DNA of 64,000 bases from the NCBI GenBank assembly GCA_965218435.1, contig CBDCKW010000009.1:3799575-3863574 (forward strand), read 5' to 3'. Positions 37,175 through 46,067 of this stretch are shown here, one piece after another (position 1 is the stretch's first letter; each line of letters begins with the position of its first letter). The translations under genes and the position numbers were made by a program. This stretch comes from Truepera sp. GTDB lineage: Bacteria > Deinococcota > Deinococci > Deinococcales > Trueperaceae. The notes under the pieces were generated by a model. It saw nothing but the letters and a program-made list of their open reading frames with translations. It ran no database searches and was not told the DNA's origin.

Positions 37175-38038
37175 TTACTGGCGAAAAAATGCCCAGATCG
37201 CTGCTGTCGCATCGAAATCGGACGTCTCCGGCCTTGGCCAGCGATGTTCGCCTCTACTAAGAGCATAAAGTGCTAAGCGGTCACCGGCGGGGCACCCTGT
37301 AAAGGTGATGAGGCGAACCTCTGTTTTGGGATTCGCTTGGACGGTGGGTAAGGCAGTCGTCTCGAGGTCGGCACTGCATCCCATATAGTTCGCCCAAAAT
37401 TCGAGCGTCTGCGGGACTGAATAGAGAATCGGAATGTGCCTGCCCGCAACCTCACGTGTCAACCCGTCCCAGGGGACGTTGGTATCGGCTGTACCGTGAA
37501 CGAAAAGAAACGTAAGTGGGTACGCGCCAGGACACGTTTCGGCCATACCGCCAAAGCCGGTTGCCGCAACCGCCGCAAAGCCTGCGTAACGCTCTGGGGT
37601 GCTACACGCCAGCCGCTCGGTCATAAAACCACCATTGGAAAACCCAACAACGTAAAGGCGTTGGGGGTCGATACGGACTTCCCCACTAATTTTCCGCACG
37701 AGGGCGTCTAAAAATGCTACGTCGTCAGGTGCATTTTCAGGATACCCCGGAATCCCTGCGGTATAGTTCCATTCGCCACCTTCCGCGTCGGGGTAGAGCA
37801 CGACAAAATCTTCTTGTTCAGCTAAGCGGTTAAATCCGGTACGTTTCGCCATAGCTGCGCCTGTCTCGGCCCTACCGTGAAGTGCGATCACCAGGGGTAG
37901 CGGTGCGTCTTTCTGGGACTGCGGAACGAAGACCTCATAGTGCCGCGTCAGTCCAGCCGCCTCGAGGTTGCCTGATTGCAGGCCAGCCGCACTGACCCAG
38001 CCGAGTACAAGAAAAGTAACAATACCTAGCGGTCGCAT
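37175..38038 (-). CDS. Secreted PHB-depolymerase-family esterase (LpqC-like alpha/beta hydrolase)
   Basis: Signal peptide, PLPLVIALHG and GFSNGG nucleophile elbow. Confidence 0.65.
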   Translation of the reverse strand: MRPLGIVTFLVLGWVSAAGLQSGNLEAAGLTRHYEVFVPQSQKDAPLPLVIALHGRAETGAAMAKRTGFNRLAEQEDFVVLYPDAEGGEWNYTAGIPGYPENAPDDVAFLDALVRKISGEVRIDPQRLYVVGFSNGGFMTERLACSTPERYAGFAAVAATGFGGMAETCPGAYPLTFLFVHGTADTNVPWDGLTREVAGRHIPILYSVPQTLEFWANYMGCSADLETTALPTVQANPKTEVRLITFTGCPAGDRLALYALSRGEHRWPRPETSDFDATAAIWAFFRQ

Positions 38039-38357
38039 AAACTGTTATAACGCGTTCGTAAAGGGTTGGCCGCAACTAACGATGACGGCACGACAAGCTA
38101 AAAGCTGCCACGCAAGTCTGTAGCGTAGCCCCAAAGCGAGCCGTGCTTTGGTCTTAGCTCGCACCGCTGCTGTCCGGGCATTACCTCTGCTTCTCTTAAA
38201 CGGCTACTTGCCACCTTGCCCCACACGGTATTTTTGCAGTCCGACGCGTTATCTTCTTAACTACGCTGCGGCCTTGCGGGTGCTCGCATAATGTGCTCTT
38301 GCAGCGCCGTTATCTTTGTAAGGATTTTGTCAGCCGCGTACTGTTACGCTGGCCTTT

Positions 38358-40679
38358 ATGAACGCACCGCTCGAGCTTCAAGCTGAAACCGATTTTAGCG
38401 GGGTCTATGAGAAGGTTGTCGGGGTGCTCGAGGAGGGCGTCGCGGTCTTTGACGCTGACGGCCGTCTGCTAACCTGTAACCCGGCTGCTGAGCGGCTGCT
38501 CGAGCTCGAGCTGACCCAACTTAAAGGGCAAAAACTCACCGGCCCCCAGCGGTATCTGGTTGATGAAAACGGCGTAGCCCTTGCTTTTCCCGGTCACCCG
38601 GTCTACACGTGTTTTCAAAGTGGCCAAGCTGAAGCCTTCGTTTTGGGGTTGCACAAGCCGTCCGGCGCTTTTAGCTGGCTGCGGGTCAACGCTCAGCCGC
38701 TCGAGCAGGGCGGCGTAGTAACTTACGTCGCCGTTTCGTTTACTGACATTACCGAGCAGCGTGAAACTCAGCAGCGGCTGGAGCGCGAAGCCTTTTTTCG
38801 CGCGACGCTGATCGAGGTCGTCACCGAATCGCTCCATCAGGGACTCGACGAACGGTTCTACCAGCGGCTTTTAGAGTGCGCGGTGCGGGCCATTCCTGGC
38901 GCACAGGCGGGGAGCTTGCTGCTGCTCGAGGAGGGATGTTACAAGTTTACGGCGGCTGTGGGGTATGACTTGCCAGCTTTGCAGCAGACCTATTTGCTGC
39001 CCGAAGAGATGTATAGGGGAGACGACGCTTACAAGCTTGTACTCGCTTACGGTTTTGACAATACCAACGTCGCTGAGGAGCGGCGAAGCGTGATTGACAA
39101 GGCCGGACGCGTCCACGACATCAAGGTCTGTATGTCGATCCCGGTGGTACTTAACGGCCAAGCGGTGGCGTACTTCAGCCTCGACAACTTTCAAACCAGA
39201 GACGCGTTTAGCCGTGAGGCAACGGAGATGGGTCGTATTTTTGCCCAGCAGACGGCCGCCCTGTGGCAGCGGTTTAGGCTCGAGGCCGCGACCGAACGAC
39301 TCGCCTTTTATGACGTGGTGACGAATCTGCCTAACCGCCGTCTTTTTTACGACCGCCTGGCTCAGGCGCTGGCGCAGCGGCGCAAAGGCGAAGCCCTCGC
39401 GGTGATGTTTCTAGACCTGGACGACTTCAAAAACGTCAACGACACCTTTGGTCACGACGCGGGCGACGCACTTTTGCAAGGTATCGCCCAGCGGCTCGCC
39501 AGTGTCGTCCGGCACGGCGACACCCTTGCGCGTTGGGGGGGTGACGAGTTCGTTTTGGTCGTTCAGCTAAGCTGCAAAGAAGATGCCGCCGCTATTGCCG
39601 ATAAGCTCTTGGAGGTGCTTAAGGAACCCTTTTCGGTCACCGGCCGGACGCTCCAAGTAGAAGGTTCTATCGGGATTGACCTGCTCTCTACGCCGCTCAA
39701 AAGTGCTGAAGAGCTCGTTAAACACGCCGACATCGCGCTCTACCACGCGAAGGCGCTGGGCAAAAATAGCTACCAGTTTTTTACGCCCGAGCTGCAGCGG
39801 CGTTTGCAAGCGCGGCTCGAGCTCGAGCACGACCTGCGCGGAGCCCTGCACCGCCACGAATTAACGCTCGACTATCAACCGCGTTTTGACCTTGCGACCG
39901 GGGCCGTCACCAGCGCCGAAGCGCTCGTCCGTTGGCTTCACCCCGAACATGGTCCGGTGTCGCCCACCGAGTTTATCCCGGTAGCCGAAGCGACCGGACT
40001 CATCTTGCCGCTAGGTGAACAGGTGCTCAGCATGGCGGTAGAGCAGGCTAAGGCTTGGCAAGACGCCGGGAGCCCTTGGCGCGTGGCGGTTAATGTCAGC
40101 GCCAAACAGCTGGCGTGTTCGGATTTCGCCGGAAACGTCCAAAAAGAGCTGACCGCTCACGCTTTAGACCCCGACCGTTTAGAGCTCGAGCTTACCGAAA
40201 GCGCCGCGGTCAAAGACCTTGACGAGACCGCCGCGCAACTCTGCAACCTTAGAAAGCTCGGCGTCCGGGTGGCGCTCGACGATTTTGGCACGGCTTACTC
40301 ATCGCTGACGCAGCTTAAACGCCTGCCGCTCGACGTCCTTAAAATTGACCAGGCTTTTGTCCGTGACCTGACAGCTGAGTTTGACGCAGAAAAGTTCAAC
40401 GAAGATAACTCTGGCGAAGTGAAGCCCAAGACGTGCGGCGCTGAAATTGTCAAGACCGTGATCGCGTTGGGCCGCAGTTTAGGTCTGGTGGTCGTCGCTG
40501 AGGGCGTAGAGACGCGGGCACAGCTCGAGCTTTTACGGGACCTCGGCTGTCAAGAAATCCAAGGTTATTATCTGGCACGCCCACAACCCGCTGCAGCGTT
40601 GGCGGCAACGTTTCAAACACAGAACGGCAAGCCTAGGTTGGGCTGGAGTGCTGAGCCTAGCAGAACTTCGGGGTCTTAA
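38358..40679 (+). CDS. PAS-GAF-GGDEF-EAL signalling protein (c-di-GMP turnover)
   Basis: RWGGDEFVLV (GGDEF), EALVRW (EAL), DDFGTAYSSL and EGVET motifs. N-terminal PAS and GAF-like regions. Confidence 0.9.
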   Translation: MNAPLELQAETDFSGVYEKVVGVLEEGVAVFDADGRLLTCNPAAERLLELELTQLKGQKLTGPQRYLVDENGVALAFPGHPVYTCFQSGQAEAFVLGLHKPSGAFSWLRVNAQPLEQGGVVTYVAVSFTDITEQRETQQRLEREAFFRATLIEVVTESLHQGLDERFYQRLLECAVRAIPGAQAGSLLLLEEGCYKFTAAVGYDLPALQQTYLLPEEMYRGDDAYKLVLAYGFDNTNVAEERRSVIDKAGRVHDIKVCMSIPVVLNGQAVAYFSLDNFQTRDAFSREATEMGRIFAQQTAALWQRFRLEAATERLAFYDVVTNLPNRRLFYDRLAQALAQRRKGEALAVMFLDLDDFKNVNDTFGHDAGDALLQGIAQRLASVVRHGDTLARWGGDEFVLVVQLSCKEDAAAIADKLLEVLKEPFSVTGRTLQVEGSIGIDLLSTPLKSAEELVKHADIALYHAKALGKNSYQFFTPELQRRLQARLELEHDLRGALHRHELTLDYQPRFDLATGAVTSAEALVRWLHPEHGPVSPTEFIPVAEATGLILPLGEQVLSMAVEQAKAWQDAGSPWRVAVNVSAKQLACSDFAGNVQKELTAHALDPDRLELELTESAAVKDLDETAAQLCNLRKLGVRVALDDFGTAYSSLTQLKRLPLDVLKIDQAFVRDLTAEFDAEKFNEDNSGEVKPKTCGAEIVKTVIALGRSLGLVVVAEGVETRAQLELLRDLGCQEIQGYYLARPQPAAALAATFQTQNGKPRLGWSAEPSRTSGS

Positions 40680-40750
40680 AGCGCGTTTCAGGCAGTGCGC
40701 CTTAAGTAGACCCGCTAAAGTCGGTTTTTTATTGGTTACTTCTTGGCTAG

Positions 40751-41728
40751 TTACTTCTTAGCCGGTTGCTTCGGCTCACCCCCGGGCTTGACTTCTAAAA
40801 CTATTTTGGCGAGTTCGTCAACCGTGGTGTCTACATAGCTGGTCCCGTCGGGTAGGCGCTGATCAGCGTCAAAATAGCCACCGCTGCCAGTGTGTTTCAT
40901 CGGCCCGATCAGCTTAAAAGACAACTTGCCTTTGGCTTTGGCCCGGTTCCACACGGAGTTTTTGAACACCGGCCAGCGTCCGGGAAAGGCGAGCGTGCCG
41001 ATACGTTGAGCGTGGTCATGTTGGCCGTAAAGGTGATAAAGATGCGTAACGCTTTTAAGCCCTGAATCTGAACACATCACCCCACCTAGCGAGATGACGT
41101 ATAGGGGCGCTTTTAAGACGCTCTGAACGAGAGACGCCGCGCCGACGGCAATCTGACCGCCGCCGCTATAGCCCAAGATCGTCACCGGCACGCCGCTCCC
41201 TAACGGGTAACCGCTCCGTGCCAAACCCGCCAAGATTAGTTCGGCGCTGCCTTCGTTATACATCGGGCCGTAACGCCTGTCTGCAGAAACCACGACCTGC
41301 CAGAGGTTACGCACGTTGATTAAAAAGCCGACGAGCTTTCGACCGGCAATTTTACGGGCTAGAATCCAGCGCCAGATACGGGCAAACGTCCGCTGGCCGG
41401 TGAGTGCCCGGTTGGTGACCGAATAGGGAAAGAGTTCAACCAGCTCGGTGCCCGGTAGCCGAGTACGAAAGCGTCTTAAAAACGTCACTTCGTTGGGGCG
41501 GTAGCTCTCTCCTGAAACGCTGTCAATGCCGGGTAGAAAAATGAGATAATGCTGCGCCGGGTTTTCTGCAGTTTCCGGGAGATTTTGTGCGTCTGTCAGC
41601 ATTTGCTTTTGCGGGGCGACGCCAAACCACCCCGCCCACCAGCCGAGCGTCTCAAGCGGGGCCAGTGCGCCGCTTAACAGCAGTAAAAATAAGAGCACGC
41701 CGAGTGCGCCAAAGAGGTCGGCGGTCAT
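40751..41728 (-). CDS. Membrane-anchored alpha/beta-hydrolase-fold protein of unknown family
   Basis: Start ATG 41728 overlaps the upstream stop (ATGA). N-terminal TM LFGALGVLLFLLLLSGAL. ILGYSGGGQ is a GxSxG elbow. The longer ORF-track version (to 42070) overlaps the upstream gene out of frame. Confidence 0.55.
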   Translation of the reverse strand: MTADLFGALGVLLFLLLLSGALAPLETLGWWAGWFGVAPQKQMLTDAQNLPETAENPAQHYLIFLPGIDSVSGESYRPNEVTFLRRFRTRLPGTELVELFPYSVTNRALTGQRTFARIWRWILARKIAGRKLVGFLINVRNLWQVVVSADRRYGPMYNEGSAELILAGLARSGYPLGSGVPVTILGYSGGGQIAVGAASLVQSVLKAPLYVISLGGVMCSDSGLKSVTHLYHLYGQHDHAQRIGTLAFPGRWPVFKNSVWNRAKAKGKLSFKLIGPMKHTGSGGYFDADQRLPDGTSYVDTTVDELAKIVLEVKPGGEPKQPAKK

Positions 41729-42369
41729 GAAGACTGCCGAGCTTGGGCTTCTTCCTCGACACGCGCCGCTTCTGCGCGAAAAAGCTGCTCGAGCCCTTCC
41801 CGATCCGTAACTAGGGGTCCGCCGGCAACGTGTGTCCGGAGCCACCGCGTCGCGCCGGCAACGGGCCAGCCGATACCTCGGCGCAAAAGCTGCCACAGCA
41901 CCCAACCCAGCGCCAAGCAGAGCAAGGCTTGGGTCAGACTCAGCGCGGAAACCGCGTAGATGCCGGTCATCATAATGGCCAGGCTCCAGAGAGCCAAACA
42001 CAGCGCGATAAAGCCGCCCGCATACGGTACCAGGATAAACGCGCCGAAAAGGTGCGGCGAAAAGCTCCACATCGCCAGCAGCAAGACCTGCGGCACACTC
42101 AGCTGCTGCTTAAAAATCCCATCGGCCAACCACACGACGCTAAAGGTAAAGAGCAAAATACCGACCGGATAACTCAGCGCCGTCAGCACGATGCTTAGGG
42201 CAAAACGCCTTGGTCTAACGCGGTTGGCAAAGAGCACTACACTCTGACCGAGGGCTTCTGCTAAACCGCCGGCAAAAACGATCAGTACGCCGACGAGCCA
42301 GCTGTTAGGGGCGCTGCTCAGCGCGCGCAGCGCGCCTGGCTGTAAGCTGAGCACCTCAGCGAGCATCAT
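41725..42369 (-). CDS. YIP1-like polytopic membrane protein
   Basis: Five predicted TM segments and an acidic/Arg-rich C-terminal tail. Start uncertain: ATG-ATG at 42369/42366, or TTG at 42519. Confidence 0.45.
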   Translation of the reverse strand: MMLAEVLSLQPGALRALSSAPNSWLVGVLIVFAGGLAEALGQSVVLFANRVRPRRFALSIVLTALSYPVGILLFTFSVVWLADGIFKQQLSVPQVLLLAMWSFSPHLFGAFILVPYAGGFIALCLALWSLAIMMTGIYAVSALSLTQALLCLALGWVLWQLLRRGIGWPVAGATRWLRTHVAGGPLVTDREGLEQLFRAEAARVEEEAQARQSS

Positions 42370-42667
42370 GGGCGAAGTGTCTGGGTAGCTGACATGGGCT
42401 ATATTATGGACCCGTGGGCTGATTTTTGCCAGAGAGCCGGACGGGTTGCGCTTCAGCCCGGTCTTTGCAAAGAGCTGTAAGTTATGACTGCCTAGTGACT
42501 GTCTGCTAAACAACCCCAAACCACGCGCGTCCGCACGTTCTCCAGACCGAGCTGTAGACGCTGAGGCGCTCGAGTGGGTGACGCCTCAGCGTTCGCTCTT
42601 TGGGGGCCGTGGCAGCTTATCCCGGCAGCCTGCTTGTCTGCTTGCTTCTTGCGTTAACAAAACCCGG

Positions 42668-43402
42668 CTACTCGCTGGGTTCTTCTCTAAAAACGGCCTG
42701 AGAACGAAAGTTCAGTTGTAAGGAGTGCAGGGTATAGTAAACCGGGTAGACGAGCGACACATAAATGAGCCTTGTTCTTAGCGCACTCGGCTCGAGCAAA
42801 AGTGCGGCCAAACAGAGCAGACTCCAGATTGATCCTAAGACGACGTGCAGGGTACGCCCGCGCGGAAGACGGCTGATATATAAAAACCGTACCGGGACAA
42901 AGACGAGGAGCGCCAACCCTAAAACCAGCAGGGTGTTAAGTAAAAGCGGCGTCTGCAGCATGTAGAGGTAAAAGACGACGATCCCCCAGTACGACGGAAA
43001 GCCGACAAAAAAGCCTTCGTCGGCGAGTTTGGCGGTGGTACGGGAGAAACCGAAGGCGCTCGAGAACATCGCAAATGCAGCAATCAAAACCGCCGGCGGC
43101 GCTAGCAGCTTAGCCTGTAAAAGGAGCAGCATCGGCAACACGACGTAACTCGTAAAGTCAATGATGTTGTCGAGTAGGCCCCCATCTATGGCGGCGGCGG
43201 TCTCTTTAACGCGGTATTTGCGGGCGAGCGCGCCGTCGGTCGCGTCAATCACCATCGTGACGGCAATCGCGCCGAGCGCCCAGCGAAACGACCCCTCTAA
43301 AATCCACTCTACGGCGAGCGCCACGAAAAAAAGCGTCGAGGCAGTGTAGATGTGAACGAGGTAGCCCTGAACGGTCTCTTGAACGGCGTCACGACGCGGC
43401 AT
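42668..43402 (-). CDS. CDP-alcohol phosphatidyltransferase family protein (phosphatidylcholine-synthase-like)
   Basis: DATDGALARKY...GGLLDNIIDF matches D(x)2DG(x)2AR...G(x)3D(x)3D. Polytopic membrane protein. Confidence 0.7.
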   Translation of the reverse strand: MPRRDAVQETVQGYLVHIYTASTLFFVALAVEWILEGSFRWALGAIAVTMVIDATDGALARKYRVKETAAAIDGGLLDNIIDFTSYVVLPMLLLLQAKLLAPPAVLIAAFAMFSSAFGFSRTTAKLADEGFFVGFPSYWGIVVFYLYMLQTPLLLNTLLVLGLALLVFVPVRFLYISRLPRGRTLHVVLGSIWSLLCLAALLLEPSALRTRLIYVSLVYPVYYTLHSLQLNFRSQAVFREEPSE

Positions 43403-43605
43403 TGCTCTGAGCGTAACACGTCCCTTATCAAAGCTCGGTACGGGTTGACGAAGTTAGGTGAACTGAGCGTGTGCGGGAAGCTTAGAAGGGAGAATTGAGA
43501 GTACAGAACGCCTTTATTCTCCCTCCTGTTTTCTACTTTCTTTCAAGCTGCGTAACCGACGCTGGGTACCTCTTTATCTACTTTCTAATTTGTCAAACTC
43601 TAAGC

Positions 43606-43767
43606 CTAATCTTTGAACCGCCTCGAGACGCTCATCAACCCGCTACCCGCTAAGACAACGACCCCGACGACGATCCAGGGCGTCGGGACGCCGAGCAAGT
43701 CTGCTCCGAGCGCGAGACCTAAAATCAGCAAGCAGTAACCCAGCAGGTAAAGGAGCGTTCGGGACAC
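43606..43767 (-). CDS. Candidate 53-aa two-TM membrane peptide; not in the ORF track
   Basis: GTG 43767 to TAG 43606, verified in frame: VSRTLLYLLGYCLLILGLALGADLLGVPTPWIVVGVVVLAGSGLMSVSRRFKD. Weak SD. Confidence 0.25.
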   Translation of the reverse strand: MSRTLLYLLGYCLLILGLALGADLLGVPTPWIVVGVVVLAGSGLMSVSRRFKD

Positions 43768-43904
43768 CCTTTACTCTACGGCATAAAGCAGTTTTGGAAC
43801 TAAATGTTCAGTACGCTTTTCCTTAAAGTTGCTTAACGTTTTCACCAAAGGTACGCCCCAGCTACCTCAACCGGGCGCAGCCGGAATGCTAAGATAAGCT
43901 CACC

Positions 43905-44759
43905 TTGATCGCCGTCATCGCCGACATCCACGCTAACTTGCAGGCGCTCGAGGCCGTCATTGCAGACATCCGTGAGGTCGGCGCAACCGAAATCGTCGTC
44001 AACGGCGATTTGGTCAACCGTGGCCCGAATAATGCGGGGGTCGTTGAGCGCATCTTTAACCTGGAGAACGTCAGCGCCGTTACACTGGGCAACCACGACG
44101 ACCTGATGTGCAAATGGGTGGACCATGACCCCGACATCCCTGCGTACTGGTTTGAAGACGCGTTTTGGGACGGGATGGCGTGGCCCGCGCAGCAACTCGC
44201 GGAGACGGGACAGTTGGGGCGGCTCCGGGGTCTACCGATGACCTATCTGGACGACCGACCCGGCAAGCTGAGCATTCTCTTTTCGCACGGGTCGCCGCGC
44301 CACTACCGCCAAGGCTACGCGAGTTACCTTGAAGACAACGTTTTGGCCGACATTTTAGCGCACTACCCGGCTGACATCCTCGTTGGCTCGCACACGCACC
44401 GCCCTTACGAATACCGCTACGGTGAACACCTCGTCTTAAATACCGGCGCGGTCGGTACCCCCTTTAACGGCGACCCACGGGCACAGTACCTGCTCTTGCG
44501 AGAGGGTGAAAACGGTTGGCACCCCGAATTTAGAGCTGTCCCTTACGACCGCACCGCGGCACTCAGCGCGTTTGAAACGTCCGGGTATCTGGCAGAGGGC
44601 GGCCTCAGTGCCCGTATCTTTTACGAAGAGCTGCGGCTAGCAAGGCCCCTCTATATGGGTTTTTGGGATTGGACGGAGGCGCAGGGCCGCCCCAAAGACT
44701 GGGAGAGTTGGGACGCGTTTAAGGGGCACTACGCTAGGCGGTTTCAAGCGGCCGTTTAG
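43905..44759 (+). CDS. Metallophosphoesterase family protein
   Basis: IADIHAN, GDLVNRG, GNHD and GSHTH motifs. Confidence 0.8.
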   Translation: MIAVIADIHANLQALEAVIADIREVGATEIVVNGDLVNRGPNNAGVVERIFNLENVSAVTLGNHDDLMCKWVDHDPDIPAYWFEDAFWDGMAWPAQQLAETGQLGRLRGLPMTYLDDRPGKLSILFSHGSPRHYRQGYASYLEDNVLADILAHYPADILVGSHTHRPYEYRYGEHLVLNTGAVGTPFNGDPRAQYLLLREGENGWHPEFRAVPYDRTAALSAFETSGYLAEGGLSARIFYEELRLARPLYMGFWDWTEAQGRPKDWESWDAFKGHYARRFQAAV

Positions 44760-44933
44760 GTTTGTCGGCACTGCAAACTCAGCTGGAGAAGTTTGTTACG
44801 AGCCAAAGGGGAGCATACAGAAGTCGGCATTCGTCGCTGCTTTGATCGAGCTCACGGCACTTCTCACACACTCAGCGCGTGATGACGGCTGTAAATGACA
44901 GCAGTAAATATCAGTACGTCCCAACGTGATGAC

Positions 44934-45048
44934 TAGACCTCTTGCAAAAGTACCGCTTCATTGACCGGGTGAATTTTCCCGTACTTGTTCCACTCGGTAA
45001 AAGTGGGAGATAAGAATTCGCCCATCTCCCACTTTTGCAAGAGGTCTA
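44934..45048. repeat. Palindromic / MITE-like element with 18-bp perfect terminal inverted repeats
   Basis: TAGACCTCTTGCAAAAGT (44934-44951) is the reverse complement of 45031-45048. There is an inner 13-bp stem, AAAAGTGGGAGAT (44999-45011) with ATCTCCCACTTTT (45024-45036). Confidence 0.8.
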
Positions 45049-45164
45049 CTAAACCGTGCCTGAATTACGCTAGACTGAGCTAGCCACTGGTCGGCCTTTT
45101 ACTCGAGCCCCAAACCCACATAATGAACTGGTTTATATTGGCTCGAGCCCCACCCAGGAGACTT

Positions 45165-45638
45165 ATGCCTAACATCTCTACCGCTGACCTCGTTCAAGAA
45201 ATCTTGTACCTACTTACCGAAACCTTCCAAAGCCCTGTCAAAGACGGCAATGCTTACCTCGACAAGGGTACGGGCATCTTTATGACGCTTAGTACCGTCA
45301 GTGCCGAGAACGCCTCAAAACCTGCCTTTCCCGGCGCGACTACCCTGGCCGCGCAAACTGAACACCTACGTTTTTACCTGGTTGCCTTAGAAGGTTTTAT
45401 CACCGGAGCGCACACAAGCGTTGATTGGGACGAGAGCTGGAAGTTAAAAACTGTTACGCCGGAAGAATGGGATACACTTAGAGCCGACCTGCACCAAACT
45501 TACCGACATACCGCTGACCTGATTCGTGGGTTTGACCGTTGGGACGAAGACGAACTCGGGGGTGCGCTCGCTATTTTGGCGCACAGCGCCTACCACCTGG
45601 GCGCTGTGCGTCAGCTCGTCAAAGCCTTGGGCAGGTGA
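45165..45638 (+). CDS. DinB-superfamily-like four-helix-bundle protein (function unknown)
   Basis: ATG 45165 preceded by AGGAG. His-containing helices (TEHLRFY, AHSAYHLG) resemble DinB_2. Weak call. Confidence 0.35.
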   Translation: MPNISTADLVQEILYLLTETFQSPVKDGNAYLDKGTGIFMTLSTVSAENASKPAFPGATTLAAQTEHLRFYLVALEGFITGAHTSVDWDESWKLKTVTPEEWDTLRADLHQTYRHTADLIRGFDRWDEDELGGALAILAHSAYHLGAVRQLVKALGR

Positions 45639-45647
45639 GATAAAAAT

Positions 45648-45676
45648 AAGCGCCGGACGGTTTAGCTCCGGCGCTT
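45648..45676 (-). terminator. Intrinsic terminator of the ferredoxin gene
   Basis: AAGCGCCGGA (45648-45657) pairs with TCCGGCGCTT (45667-45676). The minus-strand reading is followed by ATTTTTAT. Confidence 0.7.
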
Positions 45677-45696
45677 ACATAACTGTAGATTCTGGC

Positions 45697-45933
45697 TTAG
45701 ACGCCTGCTAAATCGTAATTTTTCTGGATAAACGACTCCCACTCGCTCGGCACATCTTCTTCCGGGAAAATTGCGTTGACCGGACACGCCGGGACGCACG
45801 CGCCGCAGTCAATACACTCGTCGGGATGGATGTAGAGCTGGTCGTCGGCTTCGTAGATGCACTCGACCGGGCACACGTCTACGCACGACTGGTCTTTAAC
45901 GCCGATACACGGCTCGGTAATAATATGGGGCAC
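45697..45933 (-). CDS. 7Fe-type ferredoxin (3Fe-4S plus 4Fe-4S)
   Basis: AGGAGG, 6 nt, GTG 45933. PHIITEPCIGVKDQSCVDVCPVEC and CIDCGACVPACP cluster motifs. Confidence 0.85.
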   Translation of the reverse strand: MPHIITEPCIGVKDQSCVDVCPVECIYEADDQLYIHPDECIDCGACVPACPVNAIFPEEDVPSEWESFIQKNYDLAGV

Positions 45934-46067
45934 GCTGCTCCTCCTGGGTGTTACTGGTTTAGGCAGCACGAGCGCCGAAAGCGCCGCTGCGGTAGAGTTC
46001 AAGGTCGCTGCTGAGTTGCTGGTTACCGGTGTGAGCCGGAGTTGGTCTGATACGTGGTTGACCGGCT

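Noticed and set aside
36915-37266. ORFs of 83 and 84 aa in the pstB-esterase convergent spacer
   Set aside because: They overlap the ends of real genes and each other, have no SD, and are low-complexity. More likely this is terminator-containing non-coding DNA.
41729-42070. N-terminal 114-aa extension of the membrane hydrolase ORF (ORF track 40751-42070)
   Set aside because: The extension overlaps the YIP1-like gene out of frame and is Arg-rich nonsense. ATG 41728 gives an ATGA stop/start overlap and a proper TM N-terminus.
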